Shown: positions 19,301 to 28,272 of the stretch, in pieces
Numbering within the stretch: position 1 is the stretch's first letter
Layout of the letters: each line of letters begins with the position of its first letter
Origin: an uncultured Christensenellaceae bacterium
GTDB taxonomy: Bacteria; Bacillota; Clostridia; Christensenellales; DTU072
Direction of reading: 5' to 3'
Assembly (NCBI GenBank): GCA_964480195.1
Contig: CAYZOJ010000001.1
Coordinates: forward strand, 651 to 64,650
Length of the DNA stretch: 64,000 nucleotides
Position numbers and translations under genes: made by a program
Notes under the pieces: model-generated
Told to the model about the DNA's origin: nothing
Seen by the model: only the letters and a program-made list of their open reading frames with translations
Databases searched by the model: none

Positions 19301-22300
19301 TTCCTTACCGCTTTCTATAACGGTTTTGCTTAAGAAAGCAATCTTGGAAAGCGCGCTTTGTACATACGCGTTCAATGCGCTACTCAATGCGGTATCGAGC
19401 TTTTCTTCATCGGTCATCTCGGCTTCGAAACGGAAGTTGGACTTACCGTAGTTACCGCTGACGATATTGCCTCTTGTCGGGACATAAATCGTTTCTTCGC
19501 CGACCGTCACCGATTTTGTTTCGGTAATACTGATAACATAAGGCGCGACTTCGATTTTTCCGCCGGTGAGCGGGGTAAGGACTTTGTCGACGTCTTCCAA
19601 CCAAACGTAAATTTTACGAGCTTCGACTTTATAGGAGAAGTCCTGAACGACTATCTCGTAATTTTGAACGTTTGCGGTCGCCTTGGAAATGTCTACGGAA
19701 TCGCCGTACATCGTGTGTAGCCCTACTCCGAAATATGAGCCGTTATCCATAAAGGAGATTACGGGGGCGTTTTCGTCGCCTATTCTAAGTCCGAGGCTTT
19801 CCGCCGTATCGTCGTTCTTGAAGCCCTCGTAACTATATATATAGTTGGCGGGAGTTGCCATATATTTGGCGGTTATGACGTTGCCGGCTCCTGCTACCGT
19901 GGATTTCATGGTGAGCGTCAAGGTCGCGCGGACTACTTGAACTTCATACGAATCATCGAATACGATTTCGTAGTTTTCCATATAATAGCCGTTGCTCGAG
20001 AAGCTTACATTATAGCTATCGTCACCCGCATTCGTATATGCGTCCATCGGGTCGATTTCAGACAAGGAAGTATGTGCCCATACAACGTCGGAAAGGCTTA
20101 TGCCGTTTGCCTTATCGGTATCGTCGTCGGCGTATACCAAAATGTTGCGAGTGTCGACAGAGCCGTAATAGAACGAAATGCTTTGGTCGCCGTAAGTCTT
20201 GTTAAGGATTCCGCTGACTCCCGTCATCGCGTAAAGTTTTGCCTTGGCGACGGTGAGTGTGCCGGGAAGTACCTTTATATAATAGTTGTCCGCGGTGTAT
20301 CCGTTGACAGTCCAATCGTAATCGCCTGCGGGGAAGCCGTCAACGTTAAAGATTTCGACTGTGCCGTTTTCGTCGATATAGCAATGGCACCTCAAGGACG
20401 CTCCGCCCTTCAAAATGTCTTTTAAGTCGTTTACGCTATCTCCGCCCGCGAGTCCGCCGAAGCACGCTTGCAACTTTTCTCTTACGGACAATCCGCCGAG
20501 TCCGTTTGCCGTCGCGTACTCCTCAGCCATACGGATGTATTCGAGTTCTTTGGGATCGTTAGTATATTCCGAAATCGAATTGACGTCGAAATAGGTGTAT
20601 TGGCTTACGTATGCCTGTATATCGCTTTGCGAAATCTTGCCGTTATATACGAACTTGCTCTCGTCCGCGATGTCGTTCATCACAATCGTAAGAGTTGCTT
20701 TGCCGACGGTTACTTTTGCGGACGTGCCTATGTCGAGAGAGTAGTTTACGTTGCTTATGCTCATTCCGCTAAGGTCTACGCCGTACGTTCCCGCTTTAAG
20801 AATGTCGATATCCGCAACTATTACGGGCTTACCTTGAATCAACGACTTAATCAGCTTGTCGTCCGTAACGTCTATGCCGTTACTGCTGTCCCATATCGTG
20901 TAAGGAACTTCTACGCCGTCTTTTGCCGTGCCGTAAGGTACCGTTAAGGAATCCACTATTATCTTTAACTTGTGTTCCTTTACTTCCGCCGTGGGCGACG
21001 AGTTGAGCAATTTATAATCGCGGTTATAGTCCGCATAGTACATACTTATTGCGTACTCGCCCTTTTGCGAAGTCGTGTTGTCCCCTTCTGCGCCGAATAC
21101 GAACGCTATATAGGAGTTCTCCTGCGTTACGATGTTCTTGACGACTTTGAACTTGTCGGTTACGTTTTTGAATCGAGTTTCGGCTTTGCCGAGTTCGCCT
21201 TCGTCTATTGCGTCTATCGCGGAGTTTATACTCTCTTGCATCGCGCTTATGGCAAGCAATATGTTTGTCGTGTTTTCTTCCGTAAAGCAATTCAGGTTGG
21301 AGTTGCCGACGTCGTTACCGAACATAACAAGGGTTTGAAGAGCTTCGACAAGCTTGTTGCGTGCGTTGTTTGCTCCGCTTCCGAACGATACCGCTTCGAT
21401 GGCGTTTTTGAGCGTCTTATATTCGGAAGTGAGGTTTTCAAGCTTTGATTTGAACGTGTCGAATTCGTATCCCGCGTCTTTGGAACCGAAAGCAAAATTA
21501 TGGACTATCGGCGCGGTGCCGTAATACGAACTCATCGTAAGTTTGGCGTACTCGATAGAGAAGTCTTCGCCGTCATATGCTTTGGAGAGCGCGGCGGAGC
21601 TTATGGTTACGTTTATCGTCGATCTCTCGATTGTGTAAACGTAATTCTGCAACGTGGTAACGGCAAAGTTCCTGTCGGAGCAGGATATGACAACGTCGTA
21701 CGTGCCTACTGCCGCGTTATCGTTATCGTCGTTGCCGTTACGATCGAACGTGAACGATACGGTGGAGTTATCGAATCCCGTCGTGGCAACCGCGGGTGAG
21801 AACATATTGGAAGTTATGCTCGGTTCCTCGCCGTCGTAGACCTTAGAAAGGTATCTGTCGTTGATACGGATTTCCACACTGCGCGGGACTATCTTGAAGC
21901 GATACGCTTCCTTTAACGCGACGACGTAGTTGGAACTTAAAGAGTTTTCAGCTACTTTGATTTCGTATCCGACTACGGTTACGCCGTCTTCGGCATATCT
22001 GACGTCTTTTGCGGTAACCGCGGTTTCTCCCGAGTATATTCCGAGAGCAAAATACGGGGTACTCTCGCCTGCAATGGTATTTTCGATTTCATAATCCTGC
22101 GAAGTTAAAGTCGCACTCTGGTTATTGAATTCGCGCTCGATTGTGTTTTCGTCCGTTGTCGAATTGCACTTTATTACTATATAAACGGTGCGCGGTTTAA
22201 CGGTAAACGTGATTTCGGGCGAGTTCTCCGAATCGAGTTCGTAGTTCTTGTCCGTAATGTCGGTAACGCGAGTGGTATACGTGCCCGCATTGCGTACGAC

Positions 22301-25300
22301 CGATCTCGAAAGCGAAACGGTATCGTCGTCGAACAACGGACGGTTGTCTTCGTCTGTCGCGTACGTGCCGTCGTCGTTATAAACGTGTTGTAAATCGTCC
22401 GTGCTTATGTGCGCGCTGAATACGTAATCGCTACAGCAATACTCCAATCCGTCCGGAAGTCCGACGTAGTTGTCTATCGTAATGCTTACCTTTCTCTTGG
22501 AGATTACGTACGTATAATCGGCGTCCCCGATAAACGCGACGGAGTAGTTGTTATTGCTTATTTTAACCTTGACGGGATACGTGCCCGCGTCCTTGCTCAT
22601 GCCCTCGAACGAGAACGTTATAAACTTGCTTACCGTACCCGCGTCCGCATAATCGACGTTCTCGCCGTCGACGATTTCGTAAATAGTGTACTCGGAAATC
22701 TCGGGCTTTTTGCCGTCGTATACTTTGGTCAAGGCGCTTTCGTCAACCTTGATATACAAGCTCTTGCTTTCGACCGTGAGCTTGTCGGAAATGAATGTGA
22801 TATAGTAGTTATCGCTACCGAGAGTGCCGATTTGTATGTTGTAGTCGCCTTTGTTTTCGCCGGTTTCTCTACCGAGTGCGCCGGTGAGCGTATCTTTGAC
22901 ACCGTCCTTTACGATAAGTCCGCTCGCCGAGTTACCCTCTATGCCCGAAACGGTATAGGTGAGCACGGGATCCGCGGATCCGTAAATCTTGCTTGCGGGG
23001 TTTGCGGTTACTACTATGGGGCGTTTTGCGACTTCGATATAACCGCCGATATAAACGATATCATAGTTTTCGGCTTTGTCGCCCGTACCGTCGATGGAAA
23101 CGTCGACCGCGTGCATACCCGCCTCTTTGTATCTATCGGGAAGCGACTTATACGTAAGTACGCCGAGGGACGCCAAATCGTCGCCCGGAGCAAACGCGTT
23201 CGTTTCGTCGGTACACTCGGAGTTACCGTAGAAACGTACCTCCGGAACGACGGCTTCTTCGCCGTATACTTTGATTAAAGTGTCAGTCTTAACGTATATC
23301 GTGCGCTTGGTTATCGTTACTTTTGCGCCGGCTTCGTTTGTAAACCTAATATCGTAATTCGGGTTGTAAGTTATGAGGCTTCCTACTTCTATAGCGTACT
23401 CGCCTACGGAATTCTGCTCTCTGTTCTCTCTCGCAAGGTTACCTTTTATGACGTCGGTACCGTACAATCCGCTTTCGGCTTCACCGTCGACTGCAGACAC
23501 CGTAAACGGTATGGCGGAAACAGAGCTTTGTCCGTATGTGTACGTCAAAGACTCGGGAGTTATCACGACCGGACGTTTGGATATGTTGAACGTGCCTCTT
23601 TCAAATACGATTTCGTAGTTCTTGCCTACGATAGAGTTATTGACGTTGAGACTATAAATTCCTTGGGGAGTATCGTTACTGAGATATACTTCGTTACCGC
23701 TTGCGTCGGTGCAGACTATATCGAACATATCGAGCACTATAAGCGCGCCTTCAGAAAGATATTCTTTGCCGTCCGCGTCAACGAGAATTGCGGTGGTCGC
23801 GTACTTCTTATTGTACTCGGTATTAAAGCTTTCGCTATACAAGCCGTCGCCCTCGACGAATACGGAAAGAGGCTCCGCAAGTGCTTCTTTGGACGAATTG
23901 CCGAAAGTCATTTTGAGCTTGGGCATATCCTGTCCGTATACTTTGCTTTGAGATTTTGCAAAACCTACGTAAATCTTCTTCTTGGCAATCTTTAATATAT
24001 TCGTCGCGTCTTCGAATGCGTTGTGTATGCCGTCGCCCGCGTACGATACGACTATGCGATATTCGCCTGCGTCGCTCGGTAACGTCGTATAGTCAGCGCC
24101 CGCTTCACGACGAACGGAAAGCCATATGTTTTGCGGAATATATTCGATTGTAAAGTCGCTTTCTCCAAACGTAACCGTCCTTTCGGTCGCTTCGTACGAG
24201 GAATAACCGTTTATCGTTACGGAAGGCGCTTCCACCGAGCCGTAAACGAAATCGTAATCGTTTTGGTCCGAATACTTTATGGATACGTCCTTACGATCGC
24301 GCATATAGATAACGTAACTCGTGGTGTATTTTTGACCGTAATATGAATACGTTATCTCGATATGTTGAGCTTTGGTTTGACCGTCAAACTCTTCGTTGTT
24401 GAATTTAAGACTGTTGATATTGAACGTGCTCGACGCGTCGTTTATGGCAGCATCGGACATCCTCTTGGTTTCCGTCGTGCCGTTATCGTAATAAAGCATT
24501 ATCGTACCGCCGGAAACGTCGAACTCTTCGTGCTCGATATAGTAACGCTTGGGAAGATCGTTTACGTCGATTTTTACAAGGCTCTTCTCAACAACTCTAA
24601 AATCAACCGTTGCCGTAACGGGCGCCGTTTCGGTTCCGTATGTGTACGAAATCGTTACGGGACGCGCGTCGGACGTGCTGAGGTCGGCTATATCGTATCC
24701 TCCGGGATTGCCGTCGGAAACGTTGATGTACTCGGATTTAAGAGGTATAAGCGTCGAGGTTCCGTCGGTGAACGTCAGACGGAGCATATAATCGGATACC
24801 GCTATCGGCGCACCTTGAATGACTACGAACGCGTCGTCGATATTCGCTTCGAGAGAAACGGAATCGAGTTTCCTATCGCCGACGGTTACCACAACGGTAA
24901 GCGTACGTGCGTTACGCTCCGCCTCGGAAAGGGTCGCCTTTTCTTCCGCGGTACCGTAGAAAAGCTTTACGTATTGGAGTCCCGACGAGTTGGGGGAATA
25001 ATCGGAAACGATAAATCCGTCCGCATATTCCGAAAGAGCGGCGTTACGCATATTGCCGTTGGTTTCCTTGACGTTGATTTGCAACGTTCCCAAACGTACA
25101 AGACGATTGTCTTTGTCCTTAACCGCAAACGAGGTTATGTCAAATCTCGTGCCCGCGGATACTTCCGCCGTCGGGTCGGAACCGCTGTTCCAAGAAACTT
25201 CGCTGACAGACGACGAAACAACCGTTACCTTGACTTCTGCATCCAACGTCTTTTCGTCACTGTAATTATATTTTACCTGTATCGTCTGTTCGCCGATTTC

Positions 25301-27661
25301 GGAATCAAGACCGACAAACTGCAACGTGTTATCCGCAACGGCGTCTTCGATAACTATTTCTTCGTACGTATCGTTGTTGTATATCAGCCACAAGATCATT
25401 CCGTCATAATTGAACGTCAATCCGCTACCTTTGGAAACATAAGTCTTTTGGGTGGGTTCTTGCTTGATTTCGATACTTACGGCTTCTTTTGCGACAACTA
25501 TTACCTTGCTTTGAAGCGTGGCACCGTTATATTCTATTGTTACGATTCTTTCGCCGATAGATGTGTTGCGACTGTTATAATCGAGCATATCTTTGGTAAC
25601 TTCGACATACTCGTCTCCGCCCGCGCGACTGATTAGAAGCGCATAACCGGTAAGATCGATGTCTGTGCCTTCCGTTACGACGCCGAAATCTACGTTCTCG
25701 GAATCATAGCCACCGTCTTCGTTTTCTTTGCACAGCTCTTTTATCTCTTCGAACTCGTTGGTTACTTCTACCGTTATAAAGCACTCTTGCTCCAGTCCAT
25801 TCGTTTCGAAATAAACGCGATACGTGCCGACTTCGGTAAATTGGGTCGAGAGATCTTTGTCTTGCGGTTCGTCGGTATCGTATCCGACGCTAATCGTCCA
25901 ATCCTTTCCGAAATTGTCGGAACCCGCGTCGATATATTGAGCGTTGACTTCGCCTTCGTACGTTACTGCGAGAATGAGGTTTTCAAGGTTCAATTCTTCG
26001 CCTATGGTATATTGGATTTTTACGTCCCCGCCTAATTTGACTTCTTTGATTTTGCGAACTACAGTTACGGTAAAGGCGTTCTCGACGGTGAAACTCAAAT
26101 CGTATTCGTCGACATATGTAAGCTTTGCTGATACCGAACCTACTGCGGTATTGTCGAACTCGACGGTCGCGTCGCCTATCGGAAGATTCTCTTTTACGGC
26201 TCCACTGTTGTACGTAACGTTAATGGTGATGTCCGACGTGTCCGCCGTTCCGTTAAGGTATGCGATTACGCCTTCTTGATTGTTTAGTTCTATGTCGGTA
26301 ATTGCAAGCGCAATGACCTCGAAATCGTATTCTAAGGTTAAGTCGTTATACACAATGACCCAAGTCTGCTCGCCTGCCTCTTCGTAGCGATCTATGACCA
26401 TTCCGCCTTTCCAGTCAACGTACGCGGATATGAGATCGAAAGACTCGCCGACTTCGCCGTTGTTGTAAACGAGTGCTATTTGCCAGTCTTGAAGATTATA
26501 CTCGGTATCTTGATATACTTTGCCTTCTTCGATAACTTTTAAGCCCGTCGCTTCACGCGGGATAACGTCGATTTCAAGTTCGCCGACGGTGGCCAAACAA
26601 ACGTCGCCGTAATAGAAATTGATGTTTACCGTCTGTTTGCCCGCAAGTGTACGGTCATAACCCGAAAACGAAACTTTATCGGAAGGTATAGTGATTTCTT
26701 CACTCGAACCGTTGGTATACGTAACGGCAATCTCGAGTCCGTCTAAATCCAAGTCGAGATATTGATACTTGGGATGCGCTTCGTTTTGCTCTGCGTAATT
26801 CAAGATTTTATAAGAAGCAACGTCGCGATTGGCGATTTTGACGTTAAACTCCGTTTCGAAACCGCCGTACATGACTTTTGCGAATACGCTACTCGCAACT
26901 TGCGTGGAATCGAATTCGTACGTCAATCCCTCAAGCAGAGTGCCGTCCGCCGAGGTCATCGACATCGTGTGTGTATAGCCGTTGTTGTATTTGAGGGTAA
27001 TAATTCCGCCCGTAAGATCGAGCTCGCTGTCGCCGAGGTAGTAGACGGTTTGGTTGGGAACCGTGTGCATGTCGATACCCACAAGTTCGCGGTCTTCGAC
27101 CGTTACGTTGTACGTAGCGGAATAATCGGTGCCGTCGAGGTTGTACGTCACCTTTACTTCTTGCAAACCGAGTGTGTTTCTATCATATCCCGAACACATT
27201 TCGCGCGTAACGGGAACCGTGAGAGCGGTTCCGTCCGAGAATCCGATTACCAAATAACAATCCTCGAGATTGAGTTGTTGCTCGACAATGTAGTTGACGT
27301 TTTCATCGGGAACGATAAGATTGACCGACGCCACTTGCGGACGCATTACCGTAACTTTGAACGTAACGGTTACTCCTTCGTATGAGATCAGTATGTACTG
27401 CTCACCGAGAGTGTCGGGCGAATACGATGATACCATATCAGGCGTAACCGAAACTTTACGCTCGCTCTGGTCGACATACACTACGAGTATGCTCGCGTCG
27501 GTAAGATCGAGCTCTTCGCCTAATACGTACGAAGTTTTGGGCGAAGAATAAATTTCGATATGGTCGATTTTGGGTTCTGCGGTACAAGACACAAACGCGC
27601 ATACCGCGCACACCGTTACAATCAGCGCAATCAACGTCAATAAAAGTTTTCTGTTTTGCAT
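16301..27661 (-). CDS. giant surface lipoprotein (about 3786 aa) with bacterial Ig-like (Big_3-type) repeats and MBG (YGX-type) domains
   Basis: The ATG at 27661 lies after aaagagg, giving MQNRKLLLTLIALIVTVCAVCAFVSC (lipobox-like). In the first ~1000 aa, repeats of the form KTxYxxGExLDLTGxxIxVxYxxG...V occur many times. Mid-protein modules such as KIYGSADPVLTYTVSGIEG...GDYNIQIGTLGSDNYYITF match the MBG YGX type. The last ~900 aa are unassigned. The track start at 27733 is an upstream extension. Confidence 0.9.
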   Translation of the reverse strand: MQNRKLLLTLIALIVTVCAVCAFVSCTAEPKIDHIEIYSSPKTSYVLGEELDLTDASILVVYVDQSERKVSVTPDMVSSYSPDTLGEQYILISYEGVTVTFKVTVMRPQVASVNLIVPDENVNYIVEQQLNLEDCYLVIGFSDGTALTVPVTREMCSGYDRNTLGLQEVKVTYNLDGTDYSATYNVTVEDRELVGIDMHTVPNQTVYYLGDSELDLTGGIITLKYNNGYTHTMSMTSADGTLLEGLTYEFDSTQVASSVFAKVMYGGFETEFNVKIANRDVASYKILNYAEQNEAHPKYQYLDLDLDGLEIAVTYTNGSSEEITIPSDKVSFSGYDRTLAGKQTVNINFYYGDVCLATVGELEIDVIPREATGLKVIEEGKVYQDTEYNLQDWQIALVYNNGEVGESFDLISAYVDWKGGMVIDRYEEAGEQTWVIVYNDLTLEYDFEVIALAITDIELNNQEGVIAYLNGTADTSDITINVTYNSGAVKENLPIGDATVEFDNTAVGSVSAKLTYVDEYDLSFTVENAFTVTVVRKIKEVKLGGDVKIQYTIGEELNLENLILAVTYEGEVNAQYIDAGSDNFGKDWTISVGYDTDEPQDKDLSTQFTEVGTYRVYFETNGLEQECFITVEVTNEFEEIKELCKENEDGGYDSENVDFGVVTEGTDIDLTGYALLISRAGGDEYVEVTKDMLDYNSRNTSIGERIVTIEYNGATLQSKVIVVAKEAVSIEIKQEPTQKTYVSKGSGLTFNYDGMILWLIYNNDTYEEIVIEDAVADNTLQFVGLDSEIGEQTIQVKYNYSDEKTLDAEVKVTVVSSSVSEVSWNSGSDPTAEVSAGTRFDITSFAVKDKDNRLVRLGTLQINVKETNGNMRNAALSEYADGFIVSDYSPNSSGLQYVKLFYGTAEEKATLSEAERNARTLTVVVTVGDRKLDSVSLEANIDDAFVVIQGAPIAVSDYMLRLTFTDGTSTLIPLKSEYINVSDGNPGGYDIADLSTSDARPVTISYTYGTETAPVTATVDFRVVEKSLVKIDVNDLPKRYYIEHEEFDVSGGTIMLYYDNGTTETKRMSDAAINDASSTFNINSLKFNNEEFDGQTKAQHIEITYSYYGQKYTTSYVIYMRDRKDVSIKYSDQNDYDFVYGSVEAPSVTINGYSSYEATERTVTFGESDFTIEYIPQNIWLSVRREAGADYTTLPSDAGEYRIVVSYAGDGIHNAFEDATNILKIAKKKIYVGFAKSQSKVYGQDMPKLKMTFGNSSKEALAEPLSVFVEGDGLYSESFNTEYNKKYATTAILVDADGKEYLSEGALIVLDMFDIVCTDASGNEVYLSNDTPQGIYSLNVNNSIVGKNYEIVFERGTFNISKRPVVITPESLTYTYGQSSVSAIPFTVSAVDGEAESGLYGTDVIKGNLARENREQNSVGEYAIEVGSLITYNPNYDIRFTNEAGAKVTITKRTIYVKTDTLIKVYGEEAVVPEVRFYGNSECTDETNAFAPGDDLASLGVLTYKSLPDRYKEAGMHAVDVSIDGTGDKAENYDIVYIGGYIEVAKRPIVVTANPASKIYGSADPVLTYTVSGIEGNSASGLIVKDGVKDTLTGALGRETGENKGDYNIQIGTLGSDNYYITFISDKLTVESKSLYIKVDESALTKVYDGKKPEISEYTIYEIVDGENVDYADAGTVSKFITFSFEGMSKDAGTYPVKVKISNNNYSVAFIGDADYTYVISKRKVSITIDNYVGLPDGLEYCCSDYVFSAHISTDDLQHVYNDDGTYATDEDNRPLFDDDTVSLSRSVVRNAGTYTTRVTDITDKNYELDSENSPEITFTVKPRTVYIVIKCNSTTDENTIEREFNNQSATLTSQDYEIENTIAGESTPYFALGIYSGETAVTAKDVRYAEDGVTVVGYEIKVAENSLSSNYVVALKEAYRFKIVPRSVEIRINDRYLSKVYDGEEPSITSNMFSPAVATTGFDNSTVSFTFDRNGNDDNDNAAVGTYDVVISCSDRNFAVTTLQNYVYTIERSTINVTISSAALSKAYDGEDFSIEYAKLTMSSYYGTAPIVHNFAFGSKDAGYEFDTFKSKLENLTSEYKTLKNAIEAVSFGSGANNARNKLVEALQTLVMFGNDVGNSNLNCFTEENTTNILLAISAMQESINSAIDAIDEGELGKAETRFKNVTDKFKVVKNIVTQENSYIAFVFGAEGDNTTSQKGEYAISMYYADYNRDYKLLNSSPTAEVKEHKLKIIVDSLTVPYGTAKDGVEVPYTIWDSSNGIDVTDDKLIKSLIQGKPVIVADIDILKAGTYGVDLSGMSISNVNYSLDIGTSAKVTVGKATLTIVMNDIADESKFVYNGKISQSDIQAYVSQYTYFDVNSISEYTNDPKELEYIRMAEEYATANGLGGLSVREKLQACFGGLAGGDSVNDLKDILKGGASLRCHCYIDENGTVEIFNVDGFPAGDYDWTVNGYTADNYYIKVLPGTLTVAKAKLYAMTGVSGILNKTYGDQSISFYYGSVDTRNILVYADDDTDKANGISLSDVVWAHTSLSEIDPMDAYTNAGDDSYNVSFSSNGYYMENYEIVFDDSYEVQVVRATLTLTMKSTVAGAGNVITAKYMATPANYIYSYEGFKNDDTAESLGLRIGDENAPVISFMDNGSYFGVGLHTMYGDSVDISKATANVQNYEIVVQDFSYKVEARKIYVWLEDVDKVLTPLTGGKIEVAPYVISITETKSVTVGEETIYVPTRGNIVSGNYGKSNFRFEAEMTDEEKLDTALSSALNAYVQSALSKIAFLSKTVIESGKEGKNIEYYKGSELYAHSITKVGYTQDDVNGDYVTMKLGGMSFATKEYNVVLDYKEFKVDIQREVRSVIAEWTEKLLAEDLSNMEEVKKKLNVAVGMYMMVNGSLESGFIVDGSNGSIVIEGLDSCAVGKTNYITVKYDYQCKLFDLMSNLNYEVSYATTIGSQTQEVRVDDARQNTYDTTKVDGLSSYIPTRFYANKTSTVSDPEISGLTYGKLNNATGDSTFVSTKNAYDFDGIRMRVRLAETEGENKFTVVFAGDVSSNGYALAMTFNRSDVSNAVVTLYSVSGGKLTAMSTANYAMDCSKLFDGYSHDLRIKFNKELITVIASIDGSSGAIKDISAIDGITSARAYLTGADSDARKFYISSTMKYALGSLTLTEQGLYEHTGTFIDIAQNANGVISVDTSEAFFKTNASLLNNFFGLPSKLGSAFTTEYYVDGEKAEEPANVILGRGSHMIELALYYNGALLDTDYTIVTVTRSVTSLAFDVSGGTGEIVTAGSKLRMYTPLVNSSFDGDSDLVTSDAATARSYMLYATDTESSTGNGMYAPSYYSHSFTLDRIASYAQLTGNAIYEAGTNVLYYNLFAEGGYSTNNINGLKTATSDYALSIATNPNVKGARLRFERHQNSQEVYDKTETYDYYYDVYLDVRCIEKDATEVTTVTTQLYSNVKGSALGVGFEVRAYYDKLGAMGNGSAKIRIRQIGTTTWQDVDLASIGDIGDAQPFVMLTGNATRVTNNKLLFVENDHAYNDYLIDDEYTMYNGSAVTLKAGSTLKLADGVGTARYSAYNNIEFEFGVESANGTVGMALAESAVYDEYNPNLFYGAYLDYDLEANKLVFKFRYGSVYSLAQEFKLSESNSAVGTHKITVDLNMDEMNLKNYVGGDSELGTNLVRNGVTLTDSKGAKLYYHKIDVTIDGESAVFYLPHYADMNGWYMANGSVYGSGDANKYSDIDINDAPATFISIYNYNSVTAPEATSLTVYKYVTAIADSGAYTQRALKNKTPLI

Positions 27662-27704
27662 ATTACCTCTTTGCGCGCCCTCACGCGCGCGACTATACGT
27701 GTAT

Positions 27705-27733
27705 ATTTTAACATACGCGCGCGTACTTGGCAA
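27705..27733 (-). promoter_or_regulatory. putative promoter of the giant lipoprotein gene
   Basis: On the minus strand, TTGCCA (27733-27728) is followed by a 17-nt spacer and TAAAAT (27710-27705). The resulting 5' UTR contains the hairpin gcgcgc-gtgagg-gcgcgc just before the SD. Confidence 0.4.
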
Positions 27734-27807
27734 TACGTTATGCGATTTTTTATCCCCTATTTATATAATAAAAGCATATGTTGAGCAAATTATTTACTTA
27801 TTATTTA

Positions 27808-28268
27808 CCGCAAAGCGGTGCGCAAGCAAAGCTTGCGCTATACAATCCTTGCGGATTGATGATATACAACGCCTACGCGTTGATGATATACACACTACGT
27901 GTGATGATATACACGCTATCGCGTGATTGACCACAACGGCTGTGCCGTTGATTAAGGTATTTAGGAGCGGAATGACAATCCCTCCGCGCTACGCGCTATA
28001 CAATCCTTACAGATTGATGATATACAACGCCTACGCGTTGATGATATACACACTACGTGTGATGATATACACACTGCGTGTGATGATATACACGCTATCG
28101 CGTGATTGACCACAACGGCACAGCCGTAGACTGAGGGATTGTCATATATATTCTTAAATACCACAACTTTCACGAAGTGAAAATTTCACCTGCCGTAGGC
28201 AGATTTCACCCGCGAAGCGGATTTCACCTTGCGCAAGCAAGATTTCACCGGCGAAAGTCTCTTTCGCC
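27808..28268. repeat. mini-hairpin array A (type-1 units x2 blocks, a core inverted repeat, then type-2 units)
   Basis: About 19 hairpins. The type-1 linker tgatgatataca occurs 7 times, with stems caacgc/gcgttg, cacac/gtgtg, cacgc/gcgtg and caacgg/ccgttg. A block of about 158 bp starting gcgctatacaatcc occurs twice in tandem (27835 and 27993). Type-2 units (28168-28268) use the linker (a/g)atttcacc with stems tttcac-gaa-gtgaaa, cctgcc-gta-ggcag, ccgc-gaa-gcgg, cttgc-gcaa-gcaag and ggcgaaag-tct-ctttcgcc. Confidence 0.9.
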
Positions 28269-28272
28269 CTGT

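Noticed and set aside
16541-27926. Many 60-424 aa plus-strand ORFs inside the giant gene (e.g. 24362..25636, 22409..23278). The same pattern occurs inside other long genes (40187..41224, 47508..48593, 53757..54818).
   Set aside because: They are antisense shadow ORFs of strongly supported minus-strand genes, with the same codon-bias explanation. None has a convincing SD or a recognisable protein family.
27927-28109. Small ORF preceded by aggag-cgga-ATG, encoding a peptide with a periodic MIY motif (..LMIYNAYALMIYTLRVMIYTLRVMIYTLSRD)
   Set aside because: The periodicity comes simply from translating the repeated tgatgatataca linker. The homologous aggagcagaATG in array B hits a stop after 8 codons, and the partial copy at 12968-12984 after 11. 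The peptide is therefore not conserved.
27808-28268. CRISPR array interpretation of the regularly spaced repeats
   Set aside because: The period is only about 22-26 nt, with a 9-12 nt constant part. The variable parts are themselves short palindromes rather than 26-70 nt unique spacers. No cas genes or leader are present in the window.
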